The notes: generated by a model from the sequence alone, not told the origin. A stretch of DNA of 64,000 nt from Blastocystis sp. Blastoise (GCA_039096225.1 JBBPEB010000014.1:2046001-2110000); one strand, 5' to 3'. Shown: positions 20,350-35,089, counted from the first letter of the stretch. A program made the numbers and translations.

Positions 20350-23275
20350 TAATAATAAACATAAACATAATAATAATAATAATAAATATATATACTGGAT
20401 GTATTTAGAGAAGCCGACGGATATACAGTCCCGCCTTTGATGTTGATGCCAGTTCTCGGCACGCTACTTACTAATGGCAAAGTGGATGCATTCCCGCGGT
20501 TATTCATCATGGATGGATTTGTTTTATTTGTAGTATTCATAACCATAGGATTATTATTAACGAGTGTATTTGTGTTATATATATTTAAAGTATTTCCATT
20601 TGTGTTTTGACTGTTGAAAGTGGTCCCTCCTGAAGAGCCTGAGCGTACAGATGAAGCAGATACATATGTAGAATTATTGATAGTATTAGCTGTATTATTA
20701 TTATTTATAGTATTTGATGTATTATCATAAGAATTCCCCGTGGGAATAGAGGACATAATATTCGTTGAGACATCATTAGTATATTTCATTCTCTTCGACG
20801 TATAATCATTAGTATTATTATAGAAAGTACGTGTTTGAGACATATTACGAGGATTATTATTATTTGAAAGATAAACTTGTGGTTGATTTGAATTAACTTG
20901 AATTGATTGGATAGAAGACATTTGATTGGACGCGTCATTCTTCAACATATTTGTTACACGAGGTTGCATCATTTCTATATAATAATTGAGTTAATAAAAA
21001 ATATTAGAATAAGTATAATAATAATAAGTAGAATAAATATAATAAGTAGAATAATAAGTAGAATAATAAGTAGAATAAACATAATAAGTAGAATAAACAT
21101 AATAAGTAGAATAATAAGTAGAATAAATAAATTGATAAGTAGAATAAATATAATAAGTAGAATAAATAAAGTGATAAGTAGAATAATACTATTTTGTAAT
21201 GAATTTGTATTTTGAGGATAATAATACTTCGGATTGGTAGTAGTGTTTTTCGATGCGTTCTGCATACTTCGGAGAAGACTCTATATAATAATCATAGTAA
21301 ATATAATAATAACAATAATATATATATTATATATATATACATTATTATCAATACTATTAATATTATTAATATTATTAACAGTTTGATTACTCATATTATT
21401 ATTTAAATTCATATTATTATTCATATTCATATTATTATTTAAATTCATATTATTATTTATATTCATATTATTATTTATATTCATGTTATTATTCATATTC
21501 ATATTATTATTCATATTCATATTATTATTTAAATTATTTGTTGACATTACATTTGTTTTTATTAGATTTGAGTGTTGCATATTTCTTGATATATTTTGTG
21601 TTTTCATTGCATCTGTATTTATTCCTTGTATTTGACCTAAGTTATTTTGTTGTATAAGTTGAGATGTGGTAGACATACCAGACTTATTAGTAGTAAGAGG
21701 AATAGTATGTAGAGAATTAGTTCCTGCATTATTGAATGAAGAGATAGTATTTGGAGACGTTTGTTGTATAGATAGAGTATTCATATTTGTATTTATACTA
21801 CCGTTAATAGAAGATACATTTAAAGAATTATTTCGAGTAGTGTTGATTGTATGATTTATTGGAGTATTTACAGGAGTATTTAGTGGAGTATTTATATTTG
21901 AATTATTAAGATTTAGTGGAGTATTCATATTTGAATTATTAAGATTCATTGGAGTATTCATATTTGAATTATTAAGATTCATTGGAGTATTCATATTTGA
22001 ATTATTAAGATTTAGTGGAGTATTCATATTTGTATTATTAAGATTCATTGGAGTATTCATATTTGTATTATTGAGTACTCCTTGGGGATTTCGTTGAATG
22101 GCTATATTCTGAGAAGTTGACACAGGATAAGAATTCTGTATATTTCTATTTATAGGCGCATTTATATTCATATTATTATTAGTATTAGAACCAGTTCCAA
22201 ATGCCATAGGAGAAGAGAGAATAGAAGAAGAATTCATTGAAGAACTACCACTCGGTAATTGAGAATTATTCATATTCATATTCATATTCATAGTATTATT
22301 ATTCATATTATTATTTATATTCATATTATTATTCATATTCATATTATTATTCATATTCATATTCATATTCATATTCATATTTATACCATTCATATTCATA
22401 TTCATATTATTATTATTCATACTATTATTATTATTCATATTCATATTATTATTATTATTATTATTATTCATTCCATTTATGTTATTATTTATATAGTCAT
22501 TCGAATTAGGAATATGACTTACTTTCCCACGATTATTCATATTATTTAATGTAGACATAACTGGCATTGAATTTGGAATCATATTATTTGTAACATTATT
22601 ACTATTATTAACCATATTTATGTTGTTATTATTAATTGATGAATTTTGAGAATATACTTGTTGAGACATATTTTGCATATTGGATTCAGAATAACCTTGA
22701 TTACGATATCCATTTTGATTAGTATTCATTCCAGAATTATTATTATTCACGTCTTTCATACCCATCATCGACGACATTACTGAATTTGATCCATAATTCT
22801 GAGCATTTCTTAAATCTGTAGGTTGAGTATTCATTCGAGAAGAAATCATATTATCTTGATAATTCATTTGATTCTGATTCTGACCTTGATTCTGTGATCC
22901 AGACTGCATTGAATATTGAGATTGACTCATATTTTGATTATAACCATTTTGATAATTCTGTACTTGTTTTGAAGACTGTTGTATTTGCTGATTAGGATAT
23001 TGACTTTGTTGTTGTGAACCATAAGATGTATTCACCGATCCCATCTGACGACCATATTGTCCATTTACTGGGTGAACTCCTGATTGATTTGAAGCTATAT
23101 TCACCATATTATTACCTTGCACATTATCTGTATATTATAATTATTAGAAAGAAAAATAATTGATTGGAAAATACTTATATATGATGCTTGATTTCGATTT
23201 ATATTACCCTATATCGATTAATACCAATATTAAAAATCATACCTGATTGTTTGACTGATATCCAGAATTATACAT
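19540..23275 (-). CDS. Large Asn/Met/Gln-rich low-complexity (prion-like) protein, multi-exon, function unknown
   Basis: Exons splice in frame from ATG 23275 to TGA 19540-19542; NMNMN runs; short C-terminal helical segment CSNLLFKCSKLVNEASKQEMIRILDTIEKQIH. Confidence 0.8.
21010..21190. repeat. Intronic minisatellite based on ATAAGTAGAATAA
   Basis: Repeated 12/18-bp units within an intron of the Asn-rich gene. Confidence 0.9.
21860..22075 (-). repeat. Coding 33-nt tandem repeat, unit NTP[ML]NLNN[ST]NM
   Basis: About six near-identical units, then shorter NTP units. Confidence 0.9.
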
Positions 23276-24779
23276 GCTATTCATATTGGTATTAATGAAG
23301 AAGGTGAATACTTTAAAGAGAATAATTTCTTTTGTTGACAAAAATTATTGTTTTCCATCTTGTATTTCTGTTTTCGAATACTACCCTAATAGTACTTGTT
23401 TTCTATCATTTTGTGTATATTCATGGTTATGTCTGTTACTACAGTGTATTTCTTCAAATAATTACGAAACTATTTTGTTTTGTTTTAGTTGTTTTTCGTT
23501 ATGATAGACTTGATTAAACAGGGATACTATACTATAAAACAGATCTATATGATAAAACAAGTCTAGAAATATTTAAAAACTAAAATAATTTATATGAATT
23601 GATTGCTTTTAAGTCATGAATTAAATTATTGGGTATGAATATCGTTGTCTCTACTAGTATCATTATTTACATAATACAAACAAAAGTATAATTTTGAAAA
23701 AAAACTTAGTTTCAGCTACTTATGTGCATTTAGTTATAAAAATATTGAATATTGGTGAGTCTTATTGGCAATAGAGAATGCATTGTGTATGCTATATATA
23801 TATTATATAATATAATTAGAATGAATAAAAAAAAGAATCAATGATATGTAGACTTATTCTGAATAATATTTTGTTGATATAAGTGAATCGTGCATTGAAT
23901 AATATGACTGGAATCAATCAAAGGTAAATATAATGTTGTTAATAAAAACAATGAATATAGTTATAAATACATGTAAAAATAATGATAAAATGAAAAGTAA
24001 GATAAATCGTTATATAAAATAGAAACTCAGTTCAAATGATTTATATAATATAATAATAAAAATACAAAACAAGGTATAATGAATACAATAGACTTACGAT
24101 AAAATGGAAGAACTAGAAGATAAAGGAAAAGAATCAGAAGTAGATATATATAAGTTCATTCTATAAGAATATTTTTACAAATATATATATATTAGAAAAA
24201 TATTTAAAAATATAATAAAAATTGATAATATAAATAAATATATAATTATTATAGTATATTTAGGGTAAAAAAATGTTTAAAAAAATGTATAGTTATGTAA
24301 GAGTAATATATATATAAGAAAAGACGGATAATTGCAAATGACACAAATTCAATAAATAGAGAAAAATAGTTTAAAGATAAATAGGAATATATATATGTAA
24401 ATATAATAATGAGAATATGAAAAACAAAGTTATATTAAAAAATAAAAAAATAAATTATAAATATTTACATAATAGAAATGTAAAATAATAATAAATAAAT
24501 AAATATATATATATATGTATATTATATATTCATACAATTATAAATATAGGATTAATAATAAGAAGAATAGTTGTAGATAATTATGTAGATTATTTATGAA
24601 TATATATTGTTATATATGAATATATATATATAGAAACAGAGATTATATAGAAATATATATATATATTTATTGTCAGAAAAAAAAAAAGAAATATTAATGT
24701 ATATATATGTATATACATTAATATTCTACAAGCATAAATAAAATTTACAGAAAAAAAAAAATAAAGTAAAAGGTTAAAA

Positions 24780-24877
<98 letters not shown>

Positions 24878-25049
24878 ATTAATGAAAATTAATATTAAAA
24901 AAAAAAAAATAGAAATTATATTCAATGAAATAACATATATATATATGAAACGAGTATAAATAGTATATAAAAGTTGTTATATAGAAATAATAAAAATAAG
25001 TAGATAGAATAGAACAGAAGGTAAAGTGTATATATATATATAATCTTTA

Positions 25050-25421
25050 TTATATGCCACCTTCAACTTTCTTATAAGATATAGCAGCAAGACCCAAATA
25101 TGGAAAATGAGGACCCTCCATTGGGACAGGGCGGGCATTCCTACAAATAGTATTATATAGAATAATAATAATAATATAACTATAACTATATATATATATA
25201 TATACACTTCCATCACATTAAGGTTCTTCTTCATTCCTTTAATAAAGTCTCTCTTAATGTCTTCTTTGTCCCATCGTCGCACAAGGAGTAGATCCGTTCC
25301 CTGAGGGAGAGAATCGAATATATAGGGTGTATGAGACATATAACTATAGAGGTGAGGAGGGAGTCAAGGAGAGAGAACGAGAGAATAACAATATCTTATT
25401 AGAGAATACATGTATATAATA

Positions 25422-25452
<31 letters not shown>

Positions 25453-25737
25453 AGGATATCTTCTTTAATAATCTCTGTCCTTTCTTAATGAGAACGATAG
25501 TAACATCAAATTTGGTTTCTATATATTTAAGAGGAGCCAAATATTCATCGAGATAGAGATCTGGTCGAGATCCCGTGCAGAGGATGGTATAACGACTTTG
25601 AAGGGAGGGGCACGACTCAATTCTCTGCTTAGAATAATTGCATAAAGTAAGATCATAGAGGAGAGCAGTAGTGTGTTCACAGAATGAATTTTCATACCCA
25701 TTTATAGATCCTTCTGCTAATACCAAACAATCTATAG

Positions 25738-25806
<69 letters not shown>

Positions 25807-25929
25807 TATACTACTATTTGGTTTAATATATTTATTCATAAGTATAATTTCATCATTTTGATAATCATCTTCAAAATAAGTACTGGTATACTTCTTTGCT
25901 ATACACATATCTCCATTCTTTCCTATTGG

Positions 25930-25970
<41 letters not shown>

Positions 25971-26492
25971 ATATTCTATTCAATGAAAATTATTGAATAA
26001 TAATAATAAAAATTATAATAAAATAATAATATATATATATATACTAAGTACATGACTTGATTGTTCTTGGAACCAAATATCTTCACAACACGGTATGCCC
26101 ATAGAAGAGAGAACGACGTTATTCCAGCCATGATTCTTACTTCTTTCATATTCACTTGTCTTTACTAATGATTCCACGGGAATCTCCATTAATTCTTTAG
26201 ATACTTCACGTAAATTAGTTTTTAATTTCTTTACACCACTTCTGTTACCAAACTTTCCAGTTTGATGTATAATCTGAGCTATAATAATAATAATAATAAT
26301 AATAATATATAAATATACATAAGAATGTAATATCAATGGAATCAATATCAACAGCACGTGTCACGTGTTGAATGACCCAATTATCAAACTTTGCACGACC
26401 GATGACGAACTTAGGCATATTCTTCCAATCAAATGTATTCGGTGTGAAGACAAATAAATCCTATTTTATATAAGAAGACTTATTAGTAAACA

Positions 26493-26531
<39 letters not shown>

Positions 26532-26600
26532 GATTGCTGCATCCCAGTAGGATCGAGCCTTGAGTTTTTGTTGTTGATATAATTGAGTCATATTATTACC

Positions 26601-26668
<68 letters not shown>

Positions 26669-27582
26669 TGTTTACTTTGTATATACATATCTGTGGTACT
26701 ATTGAAATAAAAATTATGTCGTTGAGAGAATAAGCCAACCTATATATATATTAATAATAATAAACATAATATATCTCTCTCTTATATACCTTAGGTTTAA
26801 TATTTCCGTCTTGTATGTCTTGTTTAACCTTTATTAGCACTTTATGTATACTATTCTCCACAAGAATATCACCGTTAATATAACCATAGAAATCTTCATT
26901 GGGGTATTCCTCAATAGATCTTTCAAACATACCAAATAAATAGGGTAAATTATAAGGATTACGTCTATATTTATTGTATATAAATATTATTTAAAAATTA
27001 TTTAAAAAATAAAAATTATTTAAAAAATATTTAAAAATTATTTAAAAAATAAAAATAAAAAATACTCGAAATCAGCAATAGCTTTGATTTTATAATTTTT
27101 GCATTCTTCTATCCAGAATTCACTATCTGTATATACTATTGGAATAATATTATCCATTAGAGACAAGTAATGAAGTGTATTCTTTTGAATATCAGTGACA
27201 TCATCATCTTCACCTTCCTATATGAAAAAAGAAAATAGATACAAATAAATAGTTACTTAATAGTATGTATAACAAAAAAATATACTAAAATAAACATAAA
27301 AAAAAATTAATAATACTAAAACATAAAATATACCTTAGGAGAAGAGAAAGTAGTAAAAAGAACAAGTCTAACTTGATCGTTATTAGAAACATCATTCTTT
27401 AAAGAGATTCTGCTATCAGCAACAACTGTCTCAGTACTATCAAGCATCAATACAAACAAACAAAATATGAAAACAACAAGGAGTCCAACAATTGAAATGA
27501 CACTTTTCATAGATAATCCTCGTATCTTTTGTTTTGCTTTCTCAAGTGATTCTGCATTCACATAAGACTCAATTCGCTGCAT
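25050..27582 (-). CDS. Type II membrane glycosyltransferase-like protein (nucleotide-diphospho-sugar transferase-like), multi-exon
   Basis: N-terminal TM (VISIVGLLVVFIFCLFVLML); NPYNLPYL, FYGYINGDILV, DLFVFTP, PKFVIGRAKFDNWVI, IIHQT. Last-exon frame is the best of two options. Confidence 0.7.
25352..25459 (-). other. U12-type (minor spliceosome) AT-AC intron, 108 nt
   Basis: 5' site ATATCCTTT, branch TCCTTGAC with the A about 12 nt from the terminal AC; removal joins ...LLKK to LYSYMSH... in frame. Confidence 0.93.
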
Positions 27583-28878
27583 TCTTTATCTAAATTAAGG
27601 AAAATACACAAGATAAAGAAGAAATATATAATAAAAAAAATGGAGATTTTTCTCTTGGTTTCCTATATAATTATTTAAACACGGGTATTATGTAGAAAAT
27701 GGGTATTTTTTTATATAGTTCCGTTAAAATGACTAAACTCCATTTTTTTTCCTGAGTTTTTTTACATATAACATCATGTTTATACATAGTACATTCATCA
27801 GATAATGCTTAGTTTTTCTTGGAAATGATATAACTCTGATCAAAAACTTCAAGAGTATCATTTTGAAATGTGTTTTTATAGTCTATATATCCTATTTTAT
27901 TGATGTAAAACAAGAGATTATTAGATACACTGAAGATAAATTATATATTAAATTAAAATAGTGTTCATCAACAATAACAACGAGTGATTTGTTTGTTGAA
28001 AAGTTGTTCATGGTTATTGAAATGTTCTAGTCTATATCACCTACTCTGTTTGAGAAAATTCTACTTAATATATTAAGTTTATAATGTTAATTTAATAGTT
28101 TTAAGATAATCATGACAAAATATGATTTAAAATACTTATTCTCATGATATCAGAATATAACTCTTCGAATCTTATACACTGTATCCCTAATCCTGTTATA
28201 CCATTAAACAATGAGTCATATTTATAAATATCTCACCGTTTTATAAAATAATGACAATTTATCTTTATCACTTTGATTTGAGATGTTGAAATTATTCATT
28301 TTCATTTAAATCTAGGATTTTAAAGAATACCATTTGTATCAAATATGCTGATAGTTTCTTCTTTGACTATCTATTGACCTGCTATAATACAAGCACAATA
28401 TAAATCTTTGTTTCATGTCTATAAAATGTAAGCTTCTTTATCGAATGGATTTTCAAAGAAATCGTGGAATATCATACAAGAATAGAGCTATAAATTAACT
28501 GAATAACATCATGATAAATGCAGCTTTCGAAAGAGACACAGTGTTTTCCTTATATCAATTGCATTCTTGGTACTCGACACTCAAAGAGAAAAACGAAAAC
28601 AATGATATTTGCGTCTTCACCCATGAATAAATGAGAATAATTCGCTAAATTCTAAAGAATAATCGCGATTTTATTTTTAAAGAAAAACAGAGTCATTTTT
28701 TCACAAGGTCGAAAAAGAAATCAGTTTCATCCCATTTTGTGTCCAAACATTATTCAAAGAACACACAGAAATAATTTCTAGATCCGATTCTGTCTTCATT
28801 GTAGGTATTTCACTGATAATTATATTTATTTATTATATAGATCTATATACACTATATTATTATAGATTTAAGTTAACT

Positions 28879-30180
28879 ATGAAGTTCTTTTCGGTTCAAT
28901 CTGATTTTGAAGATTCAACAGATCTTGATTTTTGTACATCGAGAAATATATATATGCGCAGGTCAGAACAAAAGAAAATCCATAATTATGAAAAACATAG
29001 TATTGCTGCCGATGAGTCCCTTTTAAAACCTATATTATCGACAGAATCATTATTATCAATGCCTTTAATCCTATTTGTATCTTTTATGATTGGTATAATC
29101 TCTATGATATTGAAGTTCTATCCTACATTTCAATATTATTCAATTTATTTATCAAGTATTATTCAAAAGAGATCAACACTATTCCAAATAGAGCACAACT
29201 ATTATAAATTACGTAAAACCCCTTTCTCATCTCCAGATTGTATATATGGAATTTCTGTTTTGTCTCATTTTGATCAAGAGAATCAATTTATATTTGATGA
29301 AAATCTCTACTATTCATCAATGATCAAATGTGCTGAGATTCGTCGTACAAAGTCTTTATATACCATTCATTGGTTAGAAGATCAGCCATTTCTCCTTAAG
29401 AGTTCTACGGAAACACATGGCACATACTTCACTACAATGCATCTATTTGATGGATATTTATTATTAGTTAATAAAATAGATGGTATAGTGTATAGAATGA
29501 ATGAAAATAAACAAATATCTTCATATATACATGTATTTAGAGGAAATGGTAGTACTTCACTTCCAAAACTAATTGATTGGTCAGCTACTCAATATACTAA
29601 ACTCTATATAGGTAGTTCTTCTATATATTATAAACCAGAAACGAATGAATTCCTCTATTCTGATCCTTATGTATATATATATGATAGAAAAACAAAAGAA
29701 GTGAAATATCAGAATTGGGAATCTGTATATAATCATATAAATAATCATCCTTCTTTTTCTCGATTATTCTTTGTTCATAATACAATATTCTGGTCATATA
29801 CACAGAAACAATGGTATTTATTTCCAAAAGCATATAAGAAAGAAGACTACATCCGAGCATTGAATATACATACCCTAAACAGTATTCCTATTAACTTCTT
29901 CTTAACTATAACAGAAGACATGCAACATATATCAATACATCCATTTATATATAATACATTATCCATGCCTAAAATAGAGATTGAAGATGCAAAATTCTTG
30001 AATTATGAAGAGAAAGTAATTATTGGTACATATTCAATTCAATTCCAAAAGAATTCCACAGCGTTCTTTTATCGATCCGCCGTGTTACTAATGGATATAC
30101 AGGGACATGTATATTCGTGGGAAAATCAGATTCCAGGGAAATATCATTATAAAGGGATAGGCTTGAACTTTGGCTATTAA
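28879..30180 (+). CDS. Divergent calcium-activated nucleotidase (CANT1/apyrase)-like type II membrane protein
   Basis: Uninterrupted 433-aa ORF with one TM; FDGYLLLVNKIDGIVY, GNG..IDW, KLYIGS, YQNWESVY, VHNTIFWS..KQWYLFPK, YKGI parallel apyrase motifs. An upstream exon is possible. Confidence 0.68.
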   Translation: MKFFSVQSDFEDSTDLDFCTSRNIYMRRSEQKKIHNYEKHSIAADESLLKPILSTESLLSMPLILFVSFMIGIISMILKFYPTFQYYSIYLSSIIQKRSTLFQIEHNYYKLRKTPFSSPDCIYGISVLSHFDQENQFIFDENLYYSSMIKCAEIRRTKSLYTIHWLEDQPFLLKSSTETHGTYFTTMHLFDGYLLLVNKIDGIVYRMNENKQISSYIHVFRGNGSTSLPKLIDWSATQYTKLYIGSSSIYYKPETNEFLYSDPYVYIYDRKTKEVKYQNWESVYNHINNHPSFSRLFFVHNTIFWSYTQKQWYLFPKAYKKEDYIRALNIHTLNSIPINFFLTITEDMQHISIHPFIYNTLSMPKIEIEDAKFLNYEEKVIIGTYSIQFQKNSTAFFYRSAVLLMDIQGHVYSWENQIPGKYHYKGIGLNFGY

Positions 30181-31310
30181 TAGGAGTATATATAGTATGT
30201 TTCCTAGATTTTACTATTATATGTTATATATTATATTATATATTATATGTTTTTATTATATTCTATATTATCTATTTTTATTTATATTTTATTCTCTATT
30301 CTCTATTATATTATATTTATTCACTAATTATATAGTCACTTTTATATTATATTATTCATTTTTTCACTTTTTATTATTGTTTTTCTTTTTAACAGTTTTA
30401 TAATTTTTTTTTCACTATTTTATTTATATATACACTGACTGGTACTCATCTCATTTTTTTCCTCTCTCTCTATATATATATCAATTATTTATATTGCTGC
30501 TTTTCTATATATACAAGTGATTACTCATGTACTTTCCAAGTATTTTTGAACTCTATTTTCTTTTGTTTGTTATTGTAAATGATATAGTTTTCTCAATATA
30601 TAAAAGTACTACTCAATTGTATTAGTTGCCAATATTAACAACACAAGCGAATAATTGGATAAATAGCATTCTTTTAGTAAGAGAAGAATCTAGATAGAAT
30701 ATATTTATATTATATACAAAAATATAATAATTTTATCATTTTGATTGCTTAATATAGAAAAAGATAAGATAAAACACAGATTATATATATATTATTCAAA
30801 ATGAATAACCACAAAGAAGAGTCATTATTCTTTTATGGTTATTATTTTGTGAAATAACATATTAATGATAAGAATATAACAACACACAAAAGAATACTTG
30901 CTCAGTTATAAACCTGCTTCTTTTAATTTGATAATTTATTATTTATATAATTAAAAGCTTTTATTAATTATATTCAAATTATAATTCTTTAATCTCAATA
31001 TATATCTATTATTATAACTATATATGAAAATACTAATACATAAAATAAAATTTACAAGTTGAAATCTAAATATAAATACTTATACTAATACTAAATGAAA
31101 ATAATAATACTCGTATTCTTTTGAATATATATCAAAACAATAAATTGATAGTTTAGTATTTAAATAGTAAATGAATTAAAATGTGAATACTATTTTCATT
31201 ATGAGTAAAGTATATATTTTATGATGAGTAAGATAATATGAGAACAAAACGAATGAGTATATTGATATAAAATTAAATAGAGTAAAATAAATAAAAAGAA
31301 TATGAAATGT

Positions 31311-31581
31311 TTATCTTCTATTAGAAGCAAGATAAGTTTTGATTTGTTCAATTTGTTCAAAATCTTTCTATATATAGAATAAAATGAATAATAAATAAAA
31401 TAAATAAAATAAATACCATAGATTGAAGAAGATGAGGATAATTGTTCGTTTCAGGAGCAGTAGGAATGATTTGATCTAAAACAGAATAAGAAAGACAATC
31501 AACAATACTAACTTGATTTCCTAACCAATATTTTCCCTATAAAAAGTATAATAAATATAATAAATATAATAAATATAATAA

Positions 31582-31644
<63 letters not shown>

Positions 31645-32213
31645 TAATAATAATAAATATAATAATATACATTATAAGTATTAAATAATTTTTCTAATCC
31701 ATTCATAAAAGTAATAAAAGAAGTATCTATATATATATATAAATAAAATAAAATATAAAATATAAAATGAATACTATAGAAATTGTTGATTTGTTCTTTA
31801 GGATTCGAAGAGAAAGCAGCATTAAGATAAGCATTAAGAAGATCTTCAAAAGAATCCATAATCATTTGACCAAAATAAATAGAATGTTCATCAGATCCTT
31901 CAAGATTATATTTATGAGCAATAAAACGAAGAATAGTAGTACTTTGAACAAGATTAAAATGATCAATAGTAAATTGAGGAAGTTGACCAAAAGGAAGAGA
32001 ACCATCAGTTATACCACTTGTTTTTATTTCACCCCATTTCTCAAAACTTATTCTTTCATCATTATATTGAGTATTTACAAGTTCAAGAGCAAGACTATAT
32101 ATATATTTATTTATTATAAAAATATATATAAAAAATATATAAAAAATATATAAATACCGAATAGCATCACCACGTCCTTTCATATTGAAATATTTAAGAT
32201 TAATAGAAGACAT
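31311..32213 (-). CDS. Glutathione S-transferase (Tyr-type; pi/sigma/mu-like)
   Basis: LKYFNMKGRGDAIR, LPFGQLP, LVQSTTILRFIA, YWLGNQVSIVD. Confidence 0.95.
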
Positions 32214-33036
32214 TATGAAAAAGTATAGATTAAAAGAAAACCAAATAAAAAACTTTATTTAAATAAAATATGAGAAATGAATATGTGTTAAAATTGATAA
32301 ATGAATTCATTAGATAAATTGTGGATATAAATATAAAAGAAAGAAAAGATATAAGGAAAAGAAAGAAAAGAAGAAAAGAAGACTTATGATTGGAAAGAAA
32401 TTTCAAGAATTTTTGAAAGAACTTTTCATTCATTTTTATATTATTCTTTATATATAGAGATTCAACAAGTATTCATTTGTTTTGACTTTATGAAACATAT
32501 GAAATGAATTAGAAGAATTGTATGAATTAGAAGAATTGAAAATCATTCAACTATTCCTTATATAATAATCTAAAAAGATTATTCAATTGCTATTTTTTTT
32601 TATAAAACATATGAAATTGTATAAATCAAAATATACATCATATGAAATGATTATTAAAGAATTATTTCAAGAGATTTGAGTCATTTAAAATAATTATATA
32701 TTTACATATAAAGAAGAATACATATATAAATTATATATATATTAATGATTTGAACTTTATAGAATTAAAATATAAAAAAGGAATTCTTTTGAGTTCATAA
32801 TAATAACGACAAAACAAAACAGAATCAGTGATTTTCTTTTCGTTTTTAAAAAAAGAATTCTTCTATCTATTTATCCTTCTTCGTTTTCAATTCTTATTAT
32901 TTTTTTAATATATAAATCTTTTTTGAAATCAATATTGATTTTATTTTATTCTATATTGTGAATTGATTCTATTTGAATAGAAGTTCGTACTTCATTTGAA
33001 TTATATAATTGTAAATCGTTGATAATAATAAGTTAT

Positions 33037-33608
33037 ATGAAGATGATAATTGATAATAGTGTGATATATTCAATTTTAGTGATATATATATTGTTGATTG
33101 TGAGTGTAGAGGTCTATAAACGTATTCATTCGTTATTATACGTATTTAAGAATCGTCATTATGTGATAACAGGAGGTTCAGAAGGTTTAGGTCGTGCTTT
33201 AGCAAAGGAAATCGTTAAAAATGGAGGAGTTGTAACAATAGTATCAAGACATGAAGAAAAGTTGAAAGAAGCGAAATTCGATATAGAAAGAAGTTTAAAA
33301 GAAAATAATAGTTATAATGGTTCAATAAATTATGTATGTTGTGATGTAAGTGATGAAGAAAGTGTATATAAATCGATGAAAGTATGTATAGAGAAAACAG
33401 GTTCAATTGATGTATTGGTATCTTGTGCTGGATATGCTGAAACAGGGTATATATATATATATATATTATTATTATTATTATATAATTATATAGATATATG
33501 TTTGGAATGGGTAGAGAATTATATCATAAAATGATGGATGTGAATTATTTTGGTACTTTAAATGTATTATATGAAGTTGTTCCTGATATGATGAAACGAA
33601 ATAAAGTA

Positions 33609-33642
<34 letters not shown>

Positions 33643-34271
33643 TTTATTATTATATAATAAATATAATATAGGGAGAAGTTTATATAGTAAGTAGTGCTGC
33701 TAGTTTTACTAGTTATATTGGTTATGGAAGTTATAGTCCTACGAAATATGCGTTAAGAGGATTGTGTGATACATTACGAAATGAAATATGTCGTCATCAC
33801 ATTCATATAGGTACTATTTATCCACCAAATATGTTAACTTCTGGATTTATACAAGAAAATAAAACAAAACCAGAAGAAGGAAAATTTATTGAATATTTTG
33901 AATCTGCGTATATATAGAATATAATATATATATATATATATATAGATTTACTCCAGAATATTGTGCTTCTTCTATAATTGAATCAATAAGAAGAGTATAT
34001 CTATATATATCTATATATATATATCTATATATATAAATAGGGAGATAGTAATATATTTTGTAATAGTTTAGAAGGATGGGCATTAAGTGTATGTTCCTTA
34101 GGAATGAGTCCTCGAAATAATCCTTTTATAGACTTTCTTATGATGCCTATTGTAGCTCCTCTTTTATTATGTACATATTATCTATTTAATGCTGTAGTCA
34201 AGATGCCTCGATGGAGACAAGAGGAGAGAGAAAAGAAGTGGTATCCTATCAACAAAGAAAAAATCATGTAA
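33037..34271 (+). CDS. KDSR: 3-ketodihydrosphingosine reductase (SDR)
   Basis: N-terminal TM, ITGGSEGLG, MMDVNYFGT, YSPTKYALRGL, YPPNMLTSGFIQENKTKP. Confidence 0.9.
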
Positions 34272-34508
34272 TTCTATTTATAATATTGTTCTTTTAAAGA
34301 ATAAGAATACTATATAAAATGTCTTTTATTATTATATATTTATTTTAAATATTATTTTATAATAGTTGAATTTCAATTGATATTCATGTAATTTATATTG
34401 TTGAATAGATTACATAAAAAAAAAGAAAAATAAATATTATTTAAAAAAAAACAATAATAATAATAATAATATAAAAATAATAACTACAAATACTATTATA
34501 AAAATTAA

Positions 34509-35089
34509 CTAATATAAATCTTCTATATATTTTACAATTTTATCTTTCTTTTGACTTACCTATATATATATATAATGAAAATAATAATAATAATAAAATA
34601 ATAATAAAAATACATAATGTTTTATAAGTCCTAAAGGCTGAGTAGGTTGAGTAATTCCACAAAGAAAGAATTCACTGTTAATATCAAAAGTAACAATTAA
34701 ACATTGCTATATAATAATATATATTTTATTATTTATATATATAAAAAAAAATAAAATTTGAATAAAGAATAATAAAAAATAATTATTATTCAAATATTAT
34801 TATCAATTATATTTATATATAATATGTACTTCAAAATTAAATATTGAATAGAGTTCAGGATCATTCATAGATTTGAATCCTTTCAAACAACGAGATAATA
34901 TTGACATAATAACACCTTCATTATCATTATGTGATGATGTAGAGAAGATTAATTGACCTTTATAATCAGAAAGACTAAAGAAGTATAAATTGATCAACAA
35001 TATTTTCATCAATAAACAATATACATATATTCAATGAAAGACTCCTTATCTTCTTCAATTAATTTTTTTATATCAGAATATCGAATCAT
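34509..35089 (-). CDS. Roadblock/LC7-fold protein, LAMTOR2 (Ragulator)-like; 4 exons
   Basis: Spliced ~120 aa: MIRYSDIKKLIE..ILSDYKGQLIFSTS..FFLCGITQPTQPLGLIKHY; size and pattern resemble LAMTOR2. Confidence 0.6.

Noticed and set aside
21010-22075. Regular repeats as a possible CRISPR array
   Set aside because: Eukaryotic tandem repeats without unique spacers or cas genes.
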